A stretch of DNA of 64,000 nt from positions 19,716,001-19,780,000 of the forward strand of contig OX597834.1 of the NCBI GenBank assembly GCA_951406725.2. The letters are read 5' to 3'. Made by a program: the position numbers and the translations under genes. The stretch comes from Octopus vulgaris. Its lineage: Eukaryota. Position 1 is the stretch's first letter, and every line of letters begins with the position of its first letter. Under the pieces are notes generated by a model. It was not told the DNA's origin. It saw only the letters and a list, made by a program, of their open reading frames with translations, and did no database searches. Shown in pieces: positions 13,340-26,344 of this stretch.

Positions 13340-13387
<48 letters not shown>

Positions 13388-13397
13388 TGATAATAAC

Positions 13398-13399
<2 letters not shown>

Positions 13400-13433
<34 letters not shown>

Positions 13434-13551
13434 TTAGCGTCCGCTTTCCATGCTAGCATGGGTTGGACGGGTCAACTGGGGTCTGTGAAGCTGGAAGGCT
13501 TCGTCAGGCCCAGTCAGATCTGGCAGTGTTTCTACGGCTGGATGCCCTTCC

Positions 13552-13553
<2 letters not shown>
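13400..13553 (-). mobile_element. Family C 3' end (probable RTE-clade LINE 3' UTR) with (GAT)n tail
   Basis: Minus: aggaagggcatccagccgtagaaac...ccaacccatgctagcatggaaagcggacgctaaatgatgatg. Confidence 0.7.
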
Positions 13554-13596
<43 letters not shown>

Positions 13597-13642
13597 CAAT
13601 AATAATAATAATAATAATAATAACAATAATAATAATAATAAC

Positions 13643-13689
<47 letters not shown>

Positions 13690-13782
13690 TAATAATAATA
13701 ATAACAATAATAATAAAAATAATAATAATAACAATAATAATAATAATAACAATAATAATAATTAATAATAATAACAATAATA
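13553..13782. repeat. (TAA/CAA)n microsatellite
   Basis: Direct observation. Confidence 0.97.
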
Positions 13783-14874
13783 AGAGCACCTTGGGAGTGC
13801 AAACCTCTGCCAAGGCAACACCAACATCCTCTTAATGATTAGCCAGAGATGATTTTTAAAATGAGAATATCTGAAATAAACTCAACTGCTCTCACAAACG
13901 AGAATACTAAAAATGAACCCAACCGATTTCAAAAATTAAGTATAAAAACCAGCAAAATAATCCAGAATCCTTGTCCAGTAATTGATCGATCCAAATGGTA
14001 GTCATAGAATGTGAAGGTGGCTGTAGAAAAGTTAGTAACAGTAATAAATAGTTTATCCTTAATAAACACAAACCAAAGTTAACATATTCACCATTCACAA
14101 TAGTTTCAAAGGCTGAGGCAATAATAAGTTCTCTTCATGAATAGCATGAGAGCTTTTGGTTTTCTCTTCTCTTGAGGTGATAGCAGAAGACACTCACGCA
14201 AGGTGCCATGAAGTGAGTCTGAACCCGGAACCATGTGGTTGGAGAGCAAGCTTCTTATCATACAGCCATGGCTGTATTTTCTTCTCTAGCCCCTGACTTT
14301 TTCAGTGTATAAAGGTTTTGCCAAATTAAATTAATATTTTCAAAATATTTGAAAAAAATTCAAACCGAAACATGATACGAGTTATCAAAGAGAAATTATA
14401 AATATATTAACACTGCTTACTCCTTTTTTCTTTTTTTTTACCATTTTTCTAAACTGGTTTCTTTATGAAAAGGATAGTAAAAGATTTTATTTGTCTATCA
14501 ACAAATCAATTGATCCCATCCTATCTATTTAAAGATAGGAAGCAAATAAATAAATAAACAAATAAATAAAATTAAGAGAGGAAGGAAGGAAGGAAGAAGG
14601 AACTAAGCTGGAAAGGTATCAGCCAGTTTCTTTTTTATTTATTTATTTTTTTGGTTTTGTTTTTGTTTGTACTTTTCTGGCACCGAAAACTGATTTATGT
14701 ATTGTCTGTAGTAAAACTGAGGTTTACATATTTTCAACTCTTAGATCAGTGAGTTTTTAACTGTATTTATCATCACCATCGCCAACATCATCATCACCAT
14801 CGCCATCCTCCTCCTCATCATCATCATTATGCAAACCACCACTTTCTTATTCTTTTATTTTTAGTATCAGTTTT

Positions 14875-14930
14875 ATTATTATTATTATTATTATTATTAT
14901 CCTTATTATTATTATTATTATCGTTATTAC

Positions 14931-14963
<33 letters not shown>

Positions 14964-15004
14964 CATTATTATCACTATTATCATTATTATTATTATCATT
15001 ATTA

Positions 15005-15056
<52 letters not shown>

Positions 15057-15080
15057 CATCGTTATTTCATTATTATTATT
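14875..15080. repeat. (TTA/TCA)n microsatellite
   Basis: Direct observation. Confidence 0.97.
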
Positions 15081-16144
15081 TATCTAATTGTTTGCTTGTT
15101 TTTTCTTTGTTGTGAGAGGACTCTAGGATATTAAAACAAGAAAAAAAAGCAAGAAATTATTAGTAAAAAAAGAAACAAAAGCAAAAAACAACAACAACAA
15201 ACAACAGACTTTAAAACAAATCGATATTACGTCAAAAGAATTCACATTTTGTTTTGAAAGGAAATCAATAGGTATTAAAATGTCCTTCACAATAAACAAT
15301 ATATTATTTCACTCACAATGTTGCTTTGTCTATCTCTTTTCTTTGGAGGAAAGTTTTGGGTTTCTATAGAAAAACAAGAGAAACTGATAGCAATGGTGGC
15401 AGTGGTGGTGGTGGTGGTGGTAGAGGTGGTTGTGGTGGTGGTGGGATTGTTGCTTGGTGCTGCGGATTAAAGAAGATGAAAACGAAAATACAAAACTAAG
15501 TAAATATAGTCAAGAAAAGAGACATCATTTATCACTTGGTTTAGGGTATCATCATGATGGCTTATGAAATCATCTCAACTCTTGGGGGTTTTTTTATCTT
15601 CTTTTTATTATTTGTTCAAATTTTATTTTGTCTTTGTTCAGCTGTTAAAATCCAATCAGAAGTTTAAACTATAGATAACTTATCCTATTTGAGAAACGAA
15701 AACAACTTTTAACAATTTCATAAATCGTTTTGTTGAGTAACATTGATTTAAAAAAAAGCTTATTGTCTGAGCCCTTCTACTAGAATACCACCTATTTAAT
15801 AGATCATTTATTGTCAGATACTTCAGATATCAAGTGTTTTCTGACAAGGTAAGAGCCTGTATGTGGTCATCCAACTGGTTAAAAAAGCAGCCAAATCTCC
15901 CTCAAATTAATACTGTCTTTAAAGTAGAGGGTGCACAGACTTAGGAACTTAATTCTCATCTAGATACTTCAGATATCAATTGTTTCCTGACTAGGGGGAG
16001 GCCTGTATGGGGTCATTCAACTAGTCAAAAAATAGCAACTAAATCTGTTGAGTCAGTATCCTCTTCAGGTATCACTTCCATGGATCTAGGAGCCCATTGC
16101 TAACCTCTTTATCCTGAACATTGGAAAAAAGACAAAAGCTTATC

Positions 16145-17055
16145 TATAATGGCATTATTCGAAGAAGCAGAAGTCTGGAAAATATTATCAGGAAAGTAAG
16201 AGCAGAGAGTAGCAGATGAAGGGGCAGGCAAATAATGCAATTATTGGTCAATATCACAAGCTGGTTGGACAAGAGTGGCAAAGCAGCTGGAGAACTCCTA
16301 GTTAATTGGGAAAACTTTTGCAGCAGTTTCATCAAGGCATTGCAAATATTTGATAAATGATGACAAGTTGTTCATAGGACACTCATATGCTTGAAATGTG
16401 GGGGCATAGAAGAATGTTACGAGTTTCTTATGAGAATCAATGGGTGTTACGACAAAAGATAATGATTCCTGAACATTGTGAAAGAACAAAAGCTCTTCTG
16501 TTATGGCCATATTTGAAGAAGCAGAGATTTGGAAATGTTATCATGGAAATAAGAGGGTCAAAGATGGATAATATCACAAGAGTGGTGAGGCAGTTGGAGA
16601 ACTCCTGGTCAATTGGGAAAATTTTGTAGCAGTTTCATCAATGGACTGCAGGCTCATGATACATGATGATAATAATGAGGTGTTCATAGGACAATCATAC
16701 GTTTAAAATGTGGGTTTATAGGAAGATATGAGTTTCTTACGAGAACCATTGGACGACTGAATAAGGGTTACAATAATTAGGGGAAAGATGATGACTTCTG
16801 GACATTGTGAAAGATCAAAAGCTCATCTATATTGACCATATTTGAAGAAGCAGAGGTTTGCAAATGTTATGATGGAAATAAGAGGGTAGCAGATGAAGCG
16901 TTGGGCAAAGAATACAATTGATGGATAATTTCACAAACTGGTTGGACAAGGGTGGCGAGGCAGTTGGAAGAATTGTGCTTAATCGGGAAGACTTTTGTTG
17001 TTAGTGTCGTCAAGGTACTGCAGGTGTTTATTCCATGGTAGTCATGAGCATGATT
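16145..17055 (+). pseudogene. Tandemly triplicated degenerate RTE LINE ORF 3' end
   Basis: Motifs EMWGHRRMLRVSY, KL..YGHI, W.DN.T.W recur with about 310-350 bp spacing; same region as the cleaner RTE fragment at 63311. Confidence 0.65.
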
Positions 17056-17744
17056 CAATTTCACTGTGCAAAGGGTGAGAACAAATACCAAGAGGCATTA
17101 TATCCAACACTCTAAGGATTCTACGAAGAAAGCTGTAGAGTGCAGACTTGGAATAAACAATTCATCTTACTCACTTGTCACACACACACACACACGCACA
17201 CACACACACACGCACACACATGCGAACACAATGTTTTTTGGAGCTCATTTGTAAATATATGTGAACCATTGATTTTCTAAATCATGTCTGATTTCAGTCA
17301 AACACAAAAACAATCCAAGAGTGTAAAGTCATCCCACACAATCTACTTTGATTGCTTGTTCTACATTTGTTTGTTTGTTACTTTTTCTGTTTCCATGTTA
17401 GCATGGGTTTGGCAAATATATCATTGAGGTGTTGTTTGAAAGCCAGAAGCCGTTCCTGTTTATAATATTCATCTATTTTTCAAATAAGGGATCTTTTGTA
17501 TCATACATATTTGAAGGTAAAGGGCTAGTAAATATCTTACCGACAGGGGAATTCTTAACATGTCATTGCCTGTATTTTAGCAATTTTCAGAAAAAGCACA
17601 AACGTAAACACACACATGCACTTACATACATTGATACCTACAGACACATAAGCACACATATATATGCTTGAGTAAATATACATATATACACACATATATA
17701 CATCTACATACACTCACACACACACACATATTTCTTTTTTTTTT

Positions 17745-17953
17745 TCTTTTACTTGATTCAGTCATTTGACTGTGGCCATACTGGAGCACCGCCTTTGGTT
17801 GAGCAAATTGACCCCGGGACTTATTCTTTGTAAGCCCAGTACTTATTCTATCGGTCTCTTTTTGCCGAACTGCTAAGTGATGGGGACGTAAACACACCAG
17901 CATCGGTTGTCAAGCAATGCTAGGGGGACAAACATAGACACACAAACAAACAC

Positions 17954-17988
<35 letters not shown>

Positions 17989-18151
17989 CGACAGGCTTCT
18001 TTCAGTTTCCGTCTACCAAATCCACTCACAAGGCATTGGTCGGCCTGGAGCTATAGCAGAAAACACTTGCTCAAGATGCCACGCGGTGGGAATGAACCCG
18101 GAACTATGTGGTTGGTAGACAAGCTACTTACCACACAGCCACTCCTGCGCC
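17745..18151 (-). mobile_element. SINE A full-length
   Basis: Minus: ggcgcaggagtggctgtgtggtaag (A box), gggttcattccc (B box), internal (TA)(TG) tract, tail gactgaatcaagtaaaaga. Confidence 0.9.
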
Positions 18152-18152
18152 T

Positions 18153-18348
18153 AAGTGATACAACCGTCGCCGATAGGATATATGTATATATTTATTTTCT
18201 TAATATTCTTTATTTTCTCTCCTTGTTTCTTTCTGTGGAAGAGCGTAGGCTCAAAACGTTAAAGACCTTTTCACTTCCCGAGCATTAAACATCTGTTTGT
18301 TGTCTACACCACCTGTCTTCATCTTTTGTTTTTTTGTGAATTCTCCCT
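18153..18348 (+). mobile_element. Repeat family D, copy 2
   Basis: ccttgtttctttctgtggaagagcgtaggctcaaaacgttaaagac...gtgaattctccc then (TA)n. Confidence 0.6.
18228..18265 (+). ncRNA. Minimal type I hammerhead-like motif (family D), variant core
   Basis: UCUUU-CUGUGGAA-GAGC(GUAG)GCUC-AAAAC-GUU-AAAGA: helix I and II pair fully, core deviates from CUGANGA/GAAA. Confidence 0.45.
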
Positions 18349-18369
18349 ATATATATATATATATATATG

Positions 18370-18668
18370 ATGGACTCTCCCATTGTTAGACAATGTATGA
18401 GAGCTCCACAATTTCTCACTGAACGACCACAAAGATGGTTTGTCTATAGTGATTAAATGTTTGTGTAGACATAAGCTCACTCCCTCCATCAAATCAACAT
18501 TACCTGTACAGGTGCAATGGGTGCCACATTTCGGATGTCGAAATGATTGCAAAGCAATGTGAAATGAAGTGCGTTGCTCAAGAATGCAACACAACATCCA
18601 GTCTGGGAATCGAACCCACGATCTTACAATCGTGAGTGCAACACCCCAACCACTACCCTTTATGCTTT

Positions 18669-18670
<2 letters not shown>
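18370..18670 (-). mobile_element. tRNA-derived SINE
   Basis: Minus head tagtggttggggtgttgcactcacgattgtaagatcgtgggttcgattccc; related copy at 63840-64000 (+). Confidence 0.7.
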
Positions 18671-18710
<40 letters not shown>

Positions 18711-20339
18711 GATAAATAGACAGATAGAAAGTTAGATAGATAGATACATAGATAGATAGATATACACACACAACAAAGTTCTATCACTTTTCCTCTATAA
18801 AATTTATTAATAAGTCTCTAGTTAATCTTGAACTTTAGAGAAGACACTTGCTCAAGGTGTTACACAATGAAATTGAACCTAAAACCTCATGACTGGAAAG
18901 CAAACTTCTTAATAAAACAGCCATGTCCATCTTCAGTTCTTCCTACATCTGTGAATCATGCCAGTAGCAAAAGTATAAAACATAACATATTCCATCATTT
19001 TATTATTTTACTTGTTACTCTTCATAACATCTCTTCTGATGTGAACGGTGATCCTCATTCTTTAATCACATCAAGGTACTTTTACTGCATAACTTCTTGT
19101 GTTCTTTTGTTTTCTTGAAGAGTAGAGATAAGATGGCTAAGTGGATATGGTATTGAAAGTTTGGACTTCTTCTGACTCATTAGAATAATATATATCTAAA
19201 AACTAGAGTAAAAGTCATTCTATCTTGTTGTGTGGAAAAGGGTAAAAAGCAGCAAGGTTTTGGACGGAGGCTCTTTATCGAGATAGACAAGGGAGATAAT
19301 AAGAGAGAAAAAAATGAGAAAAAAAGCCTGCTTGTTGTAATCAGCAAATCTAGCCTAAAACTTTCAAGTTTTACTTTTCCACACAGCAACACACACACAC
19401 ACATTTTTTTTTTCAGTAGGTTTACTTTTTCAGTACTGTTGATGCTAGCTCACACAAATTTCTCAGATTCTCTGTATTTTGTACATACATGTTGGTTATG
19501 AGTTCAAATATGCTGCATATAGTTCATGTCCCTGAACAGTTTTATTTTTTAATCTGAAGAAATTGCTTTTATTTATTTATTTATTTATTTTTTCTCAGAT
19601 GTCAGAAAAATAAAAACTATACACACGAGGAATGTTACTTGTGATTGACTGACGTCTTATATATGAAGGAAATGACTTATAATTATGACCTTGGTCACCA
19701 GGACCACTGCAACATTCGCTACCAGCATCATCATCATCAGAAACAACTTCCTTCTCTTTCCTCCTTTGCATCATTTACATTTGTTTTCAACTCCAGCATG
19801 GGTTGGATGGGTCATCATCATGTCTTACTTGGATTTATTGTCCTCTTGAATTTTTTTAGAGGACAAGACATCACTCACATATTCTATATCCTTGGGCATG
19901 GTTTCAATGACACAAAGCCTTTTCTGAAACTAATCACCTGGCAAAATAGGCTGGGTGCATTTTATCAAGGCACCAGCACAAAAGAGGTTAATATACCCTC
20001 AGCTATACTAAAGAGACCTCTTTACTGGAACTGAGACGTTTTGGCACAGCTGTGTTGGCATTGCTGATTTGATACTGACTTATTTGACATCAGGCAGTTA
20101 AATGTTTCCTTTACTTTTCTCTCTATCTCTCTCATTCCCTCTCTTTCTCTCTCTCTCTCTCTCTCTCCATTTATGTGTGTAAGCATATTTCCCATAAGGT
20201 ATAGGAAGAGAGCATGTGTATTCAATTAATAAATTGTACCGTTTCGCCCTTTCTCTCTATCTCTAAGTTTATATATATCCTCCTCATCATCATCATCGTT
20301 TAACGTCCATTTTCCATGCTAGCATGGGCTGGACGGTTT

Positions 20340-20381
<42 letters not shown>

Positions 20382-20538
20382 GCATGTGCCAATATATGTA
20401 TGTGCATGTTTGCTTCCAGTGTCAAAACACATTGTCACCAAAGCAAGTTTAATGTCCATTCAGCCATGCCACATTGCTAGCACCCAAAAAGCTGCACCCA
20501 ACCACTTCGTTCCACTCTCCACATTATATTGTCTCCAA

Positions 20539-20760
20539 TTAACCCTTTCGTTACCAACCCGGCTAAAACCGGCTTTGGCTCTGTAGTATAAATGTCTTCT
20601 TTTCATAAGTTTTCAATTAAAATCTTCCACTAAATCATAGTCACAATTTATGTTCTTAACACTAGCTTAATGATAACTAAGTTATTTTACTAAATTCTTT
20701 GTTATATTTAAAATAATTGAAAGAAACACAGAGCATCTCAAAATAAATATGGTAGCAAAA
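20539..20760 (+). mobile_element. TTAA-flanked MITE family H
   Basis: ttaa|ccctttcgttacc start; degenerate right end ggtagcaaaa; homologous to 1-116. Confidence 0.6.
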
Positions 20761-21570
20761 ATGCCAGCTAATTTACAGTGTTAATGCCATCATCTTATGG
20801 CACTAACATAATGTATATCCAACAGATTCAATATCATAAAAGTGGAGCCAAGCACCTTATCCTTATCCAAAGACCAACAGAGATTGGAATATATTTCTTG
20901 GAAAGAAACAATGTGCTATCCTTAGCGTTGCCTTTGCAAATTTAGTGTAGATTGAATTTTGCATTAAATCACTTAGTAATTAGTGATCCTACCTGACCTT
21001 ATGCATAGCAAGAAGCCAAACATCAACTGCATGCAAAAGGGTCCATCCTAATTAGATGTCTGCTTTTATCAAGGAATATTAATGAGGTCCTTCATTAGTG
21101 TTTTCCCCACATGATGTCATCAATCAATGCATTACATTCGCCTCTCCCTTTCTCTCATCTTTCGAATTATTTTATTTTGTTGCTGTTCTTCACTGAAGAT
21201 GTTTGTCCCCAACATCAATTTATTTCTCGTGGAACAGCAAACTTGTAAGTCACAGGTCGGTAAAATTATTGATTTCTTAGACTGGCGTAACAACAAATAT
21301 TTATGGAAAAAGGATATTCTTAATTAAATAACCTTAGTTTAGGACCGGTATATATTTCCCTTTTTTAAAGTTATTTCTATAGATTTTCTTTAGAAATCGG
21401 AGCCAGTGTTGAAAGGTATGACATTTTGCAAATGAATACATCTGTGTAAATGATATGACTGAAGATCAGAGCTGGCTCTAATTTCTGCAGGCAATCTATA
21501 GAGATATCTTTAAAAAGTGATTGAATTGGATGGCTAACATTATTGACTTATAAGCATTTAATATACTTGG

Positions 21571-21965
21571 TACTCTTGAACTCTTTTACTTGTTTCAGTC
21601 ATTTGACTGTGGCCATGCTGGAGCACTGCTTTTAGTCGAGCAAATTGACACCAGGACTTTTTCTTTGTAAGCCTAGTACTTATTCTATTGGTCCCTATTA
21701 CTGAACCGCTAAGTTATGGGGATGTAAACACACCAGCATCAGTTGTCAAGCGATGTTGGGGGGACAAACACAGACACACGCCCATATATATATACATATA
21801 TACGACGGGCTTCTTTCAGTTTCCGTCTACCAAATCCACTCACAAGGCTTTGGTTGGCCTGAGGCCATAGTAAAAGACACTTGCCCAAGTTGCCACGCAG
21901 TAGGAATGAACCCGGAACCTTGTCGTTGGTAAGCAAGCTACTTACCACACAGCCGCTCCTGCTCC
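21571..21965 (-). mobile_element. SINE A full-length
   Basis: Colinear with other A copies. Confidence 0.9.
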
Positions 21966-22044
21966 TATATGGTAGCATATGATGAGTTCAAAACAAAACC
22001 TGGTGTCCCTACTACCAACTAATATATATTTACATATATTTTTG

Positions 22045-22680
22045 TATCATCATCATCATCAACTGCTTTCTATGCTGGCATGGATTGGATGGTTTGACAT
22101 GGTGCTGGCTAGCAGGGAGCTGTCCTGACCCCAGTTGTCTGTTGTGACATGGTTTCTATAGCTGGATGCTCATCCTAATGCCAACCGCTACATTGAGCAT
22201 GCTGGATGCTTTTTATGTGCCACCAGCATGGGTGCATTTACACAGCACCAGTACAAGTGCTTTTTATGTGGCACGTGTACAGCTGCTCTGTATGTGCCAC
22301 CTGAAAGACCAAGCCTGTATCTGTGGAAGGCAGCAATTTTACTTACCTTGATGCATCTCATCAAGTACCGCAAATCGCCACATCTTCCACTCCCTTGTCA
22401 TTTCTGCAGTGAAGCCCAGAATCTGAAGATCATCATCATCATCATTGTTTAACATCTGCTTTCCATGCTAGCATGGGTTGGACAGTTCAACTGGGGTCTG
22501 GGAAGCCAGAAGGCTGCACCAGGCCCAGTCTGATCTGTCAGTGTTTCTACAGCTGGATGCCCTTCCTAATGCCAACCACTCTGTGTGTGTAGTGGGTGCT
22601 TTTTATGTTTTAGACGAGGCTGGCAAACGGCCACGATCGGATGGTGCTTTTTATGTGCCACCGGCACGGAGGCCAGACGA
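22045..22680 (-). mobile_element. Two family C copies; the first retains an RTE-like ORF terminus
   Basis: Minus 22431-22340 reads DLQILGFTAEMTREWKMWRFAVLDEMHQGK*, then gtggcac-taaaaagca repeats and a (GAT)n tail. Confidence 0.6.
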
Positions 22681-23007
22681 TTTTTCTTCTTGTATTTTTT
22701 TGCACTCCTTTCAGGGATTGGAATGCAGCTATGGTCAGAACCCACCTAGAAGGGTTCACTTGAACGAAGCAATCCCGGGCCTTGTTTTTTATTTTTTTAA
22801 AAATCTAGTGCTTACTCTATCGATCACTTTGGCTGAACTGCCTATTTATGAGGATGTAAACAAACCAACATCAGTTCCCAGCTGGTGTGGCAACAAACAC
22901 AGAAGTACACACACAAATACATCTCACCACACACACACACACAGATAAATGGTGGGTTTTCATATGGTTTCTGTCTATTATATATATATATATATATATA
23001 TATAAAA

Positions 23008-23320
23008 GTTCAGCAAAAATTTAGATTCAAATGAATATGGTACTTAATTTTAGATGCACCAGAATTCTGTATGGTGTTATCCATAAAAATCCGTGGGGTG
23101 ATTATAATCAAAATAAGCAACAAGAGTACTCATCAGCCAATTATAGAGGTTTTCCATAAATACAAAAATTTTTTGTATTAATGGAAAACCTCTAAAATTG
23201 GCTGGTGAGTACTCAGAATTTTAAAACTGTTGTAATACTTACAACATTTAATAAAATGATGTAGTACAAAACGATCGTACCAAATTACCGGAGTCATTCT
23301 TGTTGCTTATTTTGATTATA
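23008..23320. mobile_element. Repeat family F (Penelope-like terminal region), copy 1, fold-back
   Basis: Shares gttcagcaaaaatttagatt...ggggtgattataatcaaaataa with 39072 and 45378; flanked by (TA)n; inner palindrome 23124-23214. Confidence 0.7.
23198..23283 (+). ncRNA. Type I hammerhead fold with 59-nt helix II (two core substitutions)
   Basis: UUGG-CUGGUGA-GUACU...AGUAC-AAAA-C(GAUC)G-UA-CCAA. Confidence 0.65.
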
Positions 23321-23774
23321 TGTATATATATATATATATATATAATATTTATGTATATATATCTGTGTGTATGTTTATATTTGTTGGACCCTGGCAAAGT
23401 TGGCATTGCAATGGTTGTTCACTATATTTCAATTGATCAGTTAATCAAATTGGACTATGAACTTTTCCAAAATGCATACCTGAAACAACTCTAAGTCTAT
23501 AATGCTCAAATAAATGTATAAGTCCCATCATGTATGTATATTTTCATATATGTACGTCTAATCTTATAGATCTGCTCAATCAGGATTAAACAACTGGAAC
23601 CTCAAAGCTGAATAGTGCTAGTGAGAAATATAAACTTCTTTTAAGTATTCAAATATTTTCTATAAAAGAACTGTACATTGTCTCTCTCTTTTCACCTCTC
23701 TGCCTATCCGTCTCTCTCTCTTTATACATACATACATACATACAAATATATATATATATATATATTTTTTTTTT

Positions 23775-23936
23775 TCTCTCTCCTTGTTTCTTTTCTGTGT
23801 ATCTTTCTGTCGAAGAGCGTAGGCTCAAAACGTAAAAGACTTGTTCTATTTCTATTCCTGAGTGCCATACTAATACATTTGCTTGTTTGTACTCCCCCTG
23901 CCTTCGTCTTTTGTTTATTTTTGTAAACCTTCCCGT

Positions 23937-23938
<2 letters not shown>
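23775..23938 (+). mobile_element. Repeat family D, copy 3 (hammerhead-like motif 23802-23839)
   Basis: tctttctgtcgaagagcgtaggctcaaaacgtaaaaga; flanked by (TA)n. Confidence 0.6.
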
Positions 23939-23980
<42 letters not shown>

Positions 23981-24265
23981 TATACATATATATATAACCC
24001 ATGCTAGCATGGAAAACGGACGTTAAACGATGATGATGATGATGATAATGTATAAATATATATATATCCATATATATGTGTATGTGTGCATTGATCTATT
24101 CATCTCTCTGTCGATTAGCAAACATGTAAACACCAAGCCGAAAAATAGATGTGACATGCTTTTCTGGTTGAGCAGTTGTTGTTAGGAAGGGCATTGATGT
24201 GTTAAACACTTGCTTAACCAATCCTTGCAGATATCGAAATTTCTTCAGCGATTCAGTCCATTCTG

Positions 24266-24305
<40 letters not shown>

Positions 24306-24954
24306 GCACATGTGTGTACTGAGATGATGTATATTAAATGAAGTTTGTCCAAAACACATTATAAATAATTTTTATTTTTTGCAAGTTTTAGTTATTTTCT
24401 GAAAGGCCAGCATCAATATAATTATTTTTATTTATGAATTTTCAATATAAATTCTTCATTTTCTCTCTGTCTATTTCCATCTTTTTTCTTGGTGTGTTTT
24501 AATATTTTCTTGTCACCATTCTTTTTATTTATTTCAATGTCAACATTATTTCATAAATCAGTCTTCAGAAGAGAGAGAGAGAGAGAAAAAAAAAAGCCAT
24601 AACAATTGATAATGAGAGAGAAAAATAATCTAAGCAAAAACTATTTATCTGAAATTTATAGACATAAATAACCCCGATAATGATTCCTGATGCCAGGACA
24701 ACCAACCAATTTTTTATTTTTATATTTCGTAAATATATGGCTGTGTGGTGAGGAAGCTTGCTCCTCAACCACTTGTTTCTGGGGTCAATCCTACTGTGTA
24801 GCATAATGTACAAGCATCTTCTGTATTACTCTCTGGCCATTCAGGGTTTTATGAGTGGAATTACCAGATAAAATCTGTGCTGAAACCCATCAACTATTTA
24901 TACGTGTGTGTGCATATGTTTATATATCTATCTATCTGTCTATCTATATATATA

Positions 24955-25190
24955 CCGGAGTAAACACATGAATGTGAAGCAAGGTGGAAAAAAGAGTACT
25001 CAAATACCAGTGGTAGAGTAATATGCTTTATTTAAAGCAGCAGAAAATTCAATAAAACCTGTTACTCTGAGTTTCCCGTTGCTGTTCATCGGACAGTTTT
25101 TGCTAGCAAAAAAACTGTCCGATGAACGGCAACGGGAAACTCAGAGTAACAGGTTTTGTTGAATTTTCTGCTGCTTTAAATAAAGCATAT
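24955..25190. mobile_element. Repeat family E (Penelope-like terminal region) with a 170-bp palindrome
   Basis: 25021-25104 is the reverse complement of 25105-25190 (2 substitutions, 2-nt indel); flanked by (TA)n. Confidence 0.7.
25115..25152 (+). ncRNA. Type I hammerhead fold (family E); mirror copy at 25059-25096 (-)
   Basis: CUGU-CCGAUGA-ACG(GCAA)CGG-GAAA-CUCAGAG-UA-ACAG. Confidence 0.6.
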
Positions 25191-25245
25191 CTATATATCT
25201 ATATATAAATATATATATGTATATATACATATATATATAAATATA

Positions 25246-25308
<63 letters not shown>

Positions 25309-25691
25309 TTTTATTCTTTTCGGTAAACAAAAGATAAAAGATATATATATATACTTTTGCATCTGGGGAGAGTCATTCTATTTTAGTCCCTTATAATTTA
25401 ACTCCCTCACCGGTAAAATTTCCACTCATTTACTTATAGAAAAATAAATAAGTTTATTTACTGGTGAATGTGTTAAATTATAAGCCGCTAAAAGAGAATG
25501 ACTCCTCCCAGACACAACAATATATGCTTCAACACACAAACTCACATAAAGAATCTTGCAAACCAAATCCAAAAACGAAATATATATATGGGGGTATGAG
25601 TGTATATGTGTGTATATATATGTGTGTGTGTGTGTATACATACATATATATATGTGTGTATGTGTGTGTATATATATGTGTGTGTGTGTGT

Positions 25692-25728
<37 letters not shown>

Positions 25729-26344
25729 GTATTTATATATGTGTATATATATATATATACCTGTATTTATATATGTATATATATATATATAAATTGCTTA
25801 TATTGTATATGTGTGTGTACATATGTTCTTGTTTTATTTTGTTTGTGCTTGGTGAATTGCAAAGGTTTTTACTGAGCTGTAAATTCAAGGCACATGAGTT
25901 GTTGTTGTTGTTGGTTGCATCCACCACATAAGAGACAATTTATCATAATCTTGTATAACTCCCATGTATTGAACAATGTATTCATGACGACACAAAGAAA
26001 AATAAATTGCCTCAGCTTACCGTTTCTCGTTTCCTTGCTGTCCGTTATTGTTGCCATTGACAAAACTATCAATCATCACAGAATATTAGACATTGCCATT
26101 GAACATTCTAGATTTTCATTATTCCAAACCATTCAGCAGTGTGAATATCATTGATATTCTGGAATATGAAGTTCCACTCGAAATATTTACCAATCTTTTA
26201 GTTTTTGTAACAGCCACTGCTTGCTAACGTCATATATATTCCTCGATTGTTCCAGCTTAACCTTTTTGTTTGTGCCGCAGTAATGCTTCACGGAAGAAAA
26301 GCAGACTCCAGGACATATGCAGTGGATTTTGACAGCCAAAGATT

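Noticed and set aside
13782-14000. Possible Helentron-associated element (aaacctctgccaaggc)
   Set aside because: Single degraded copy; termini cannot be defined.
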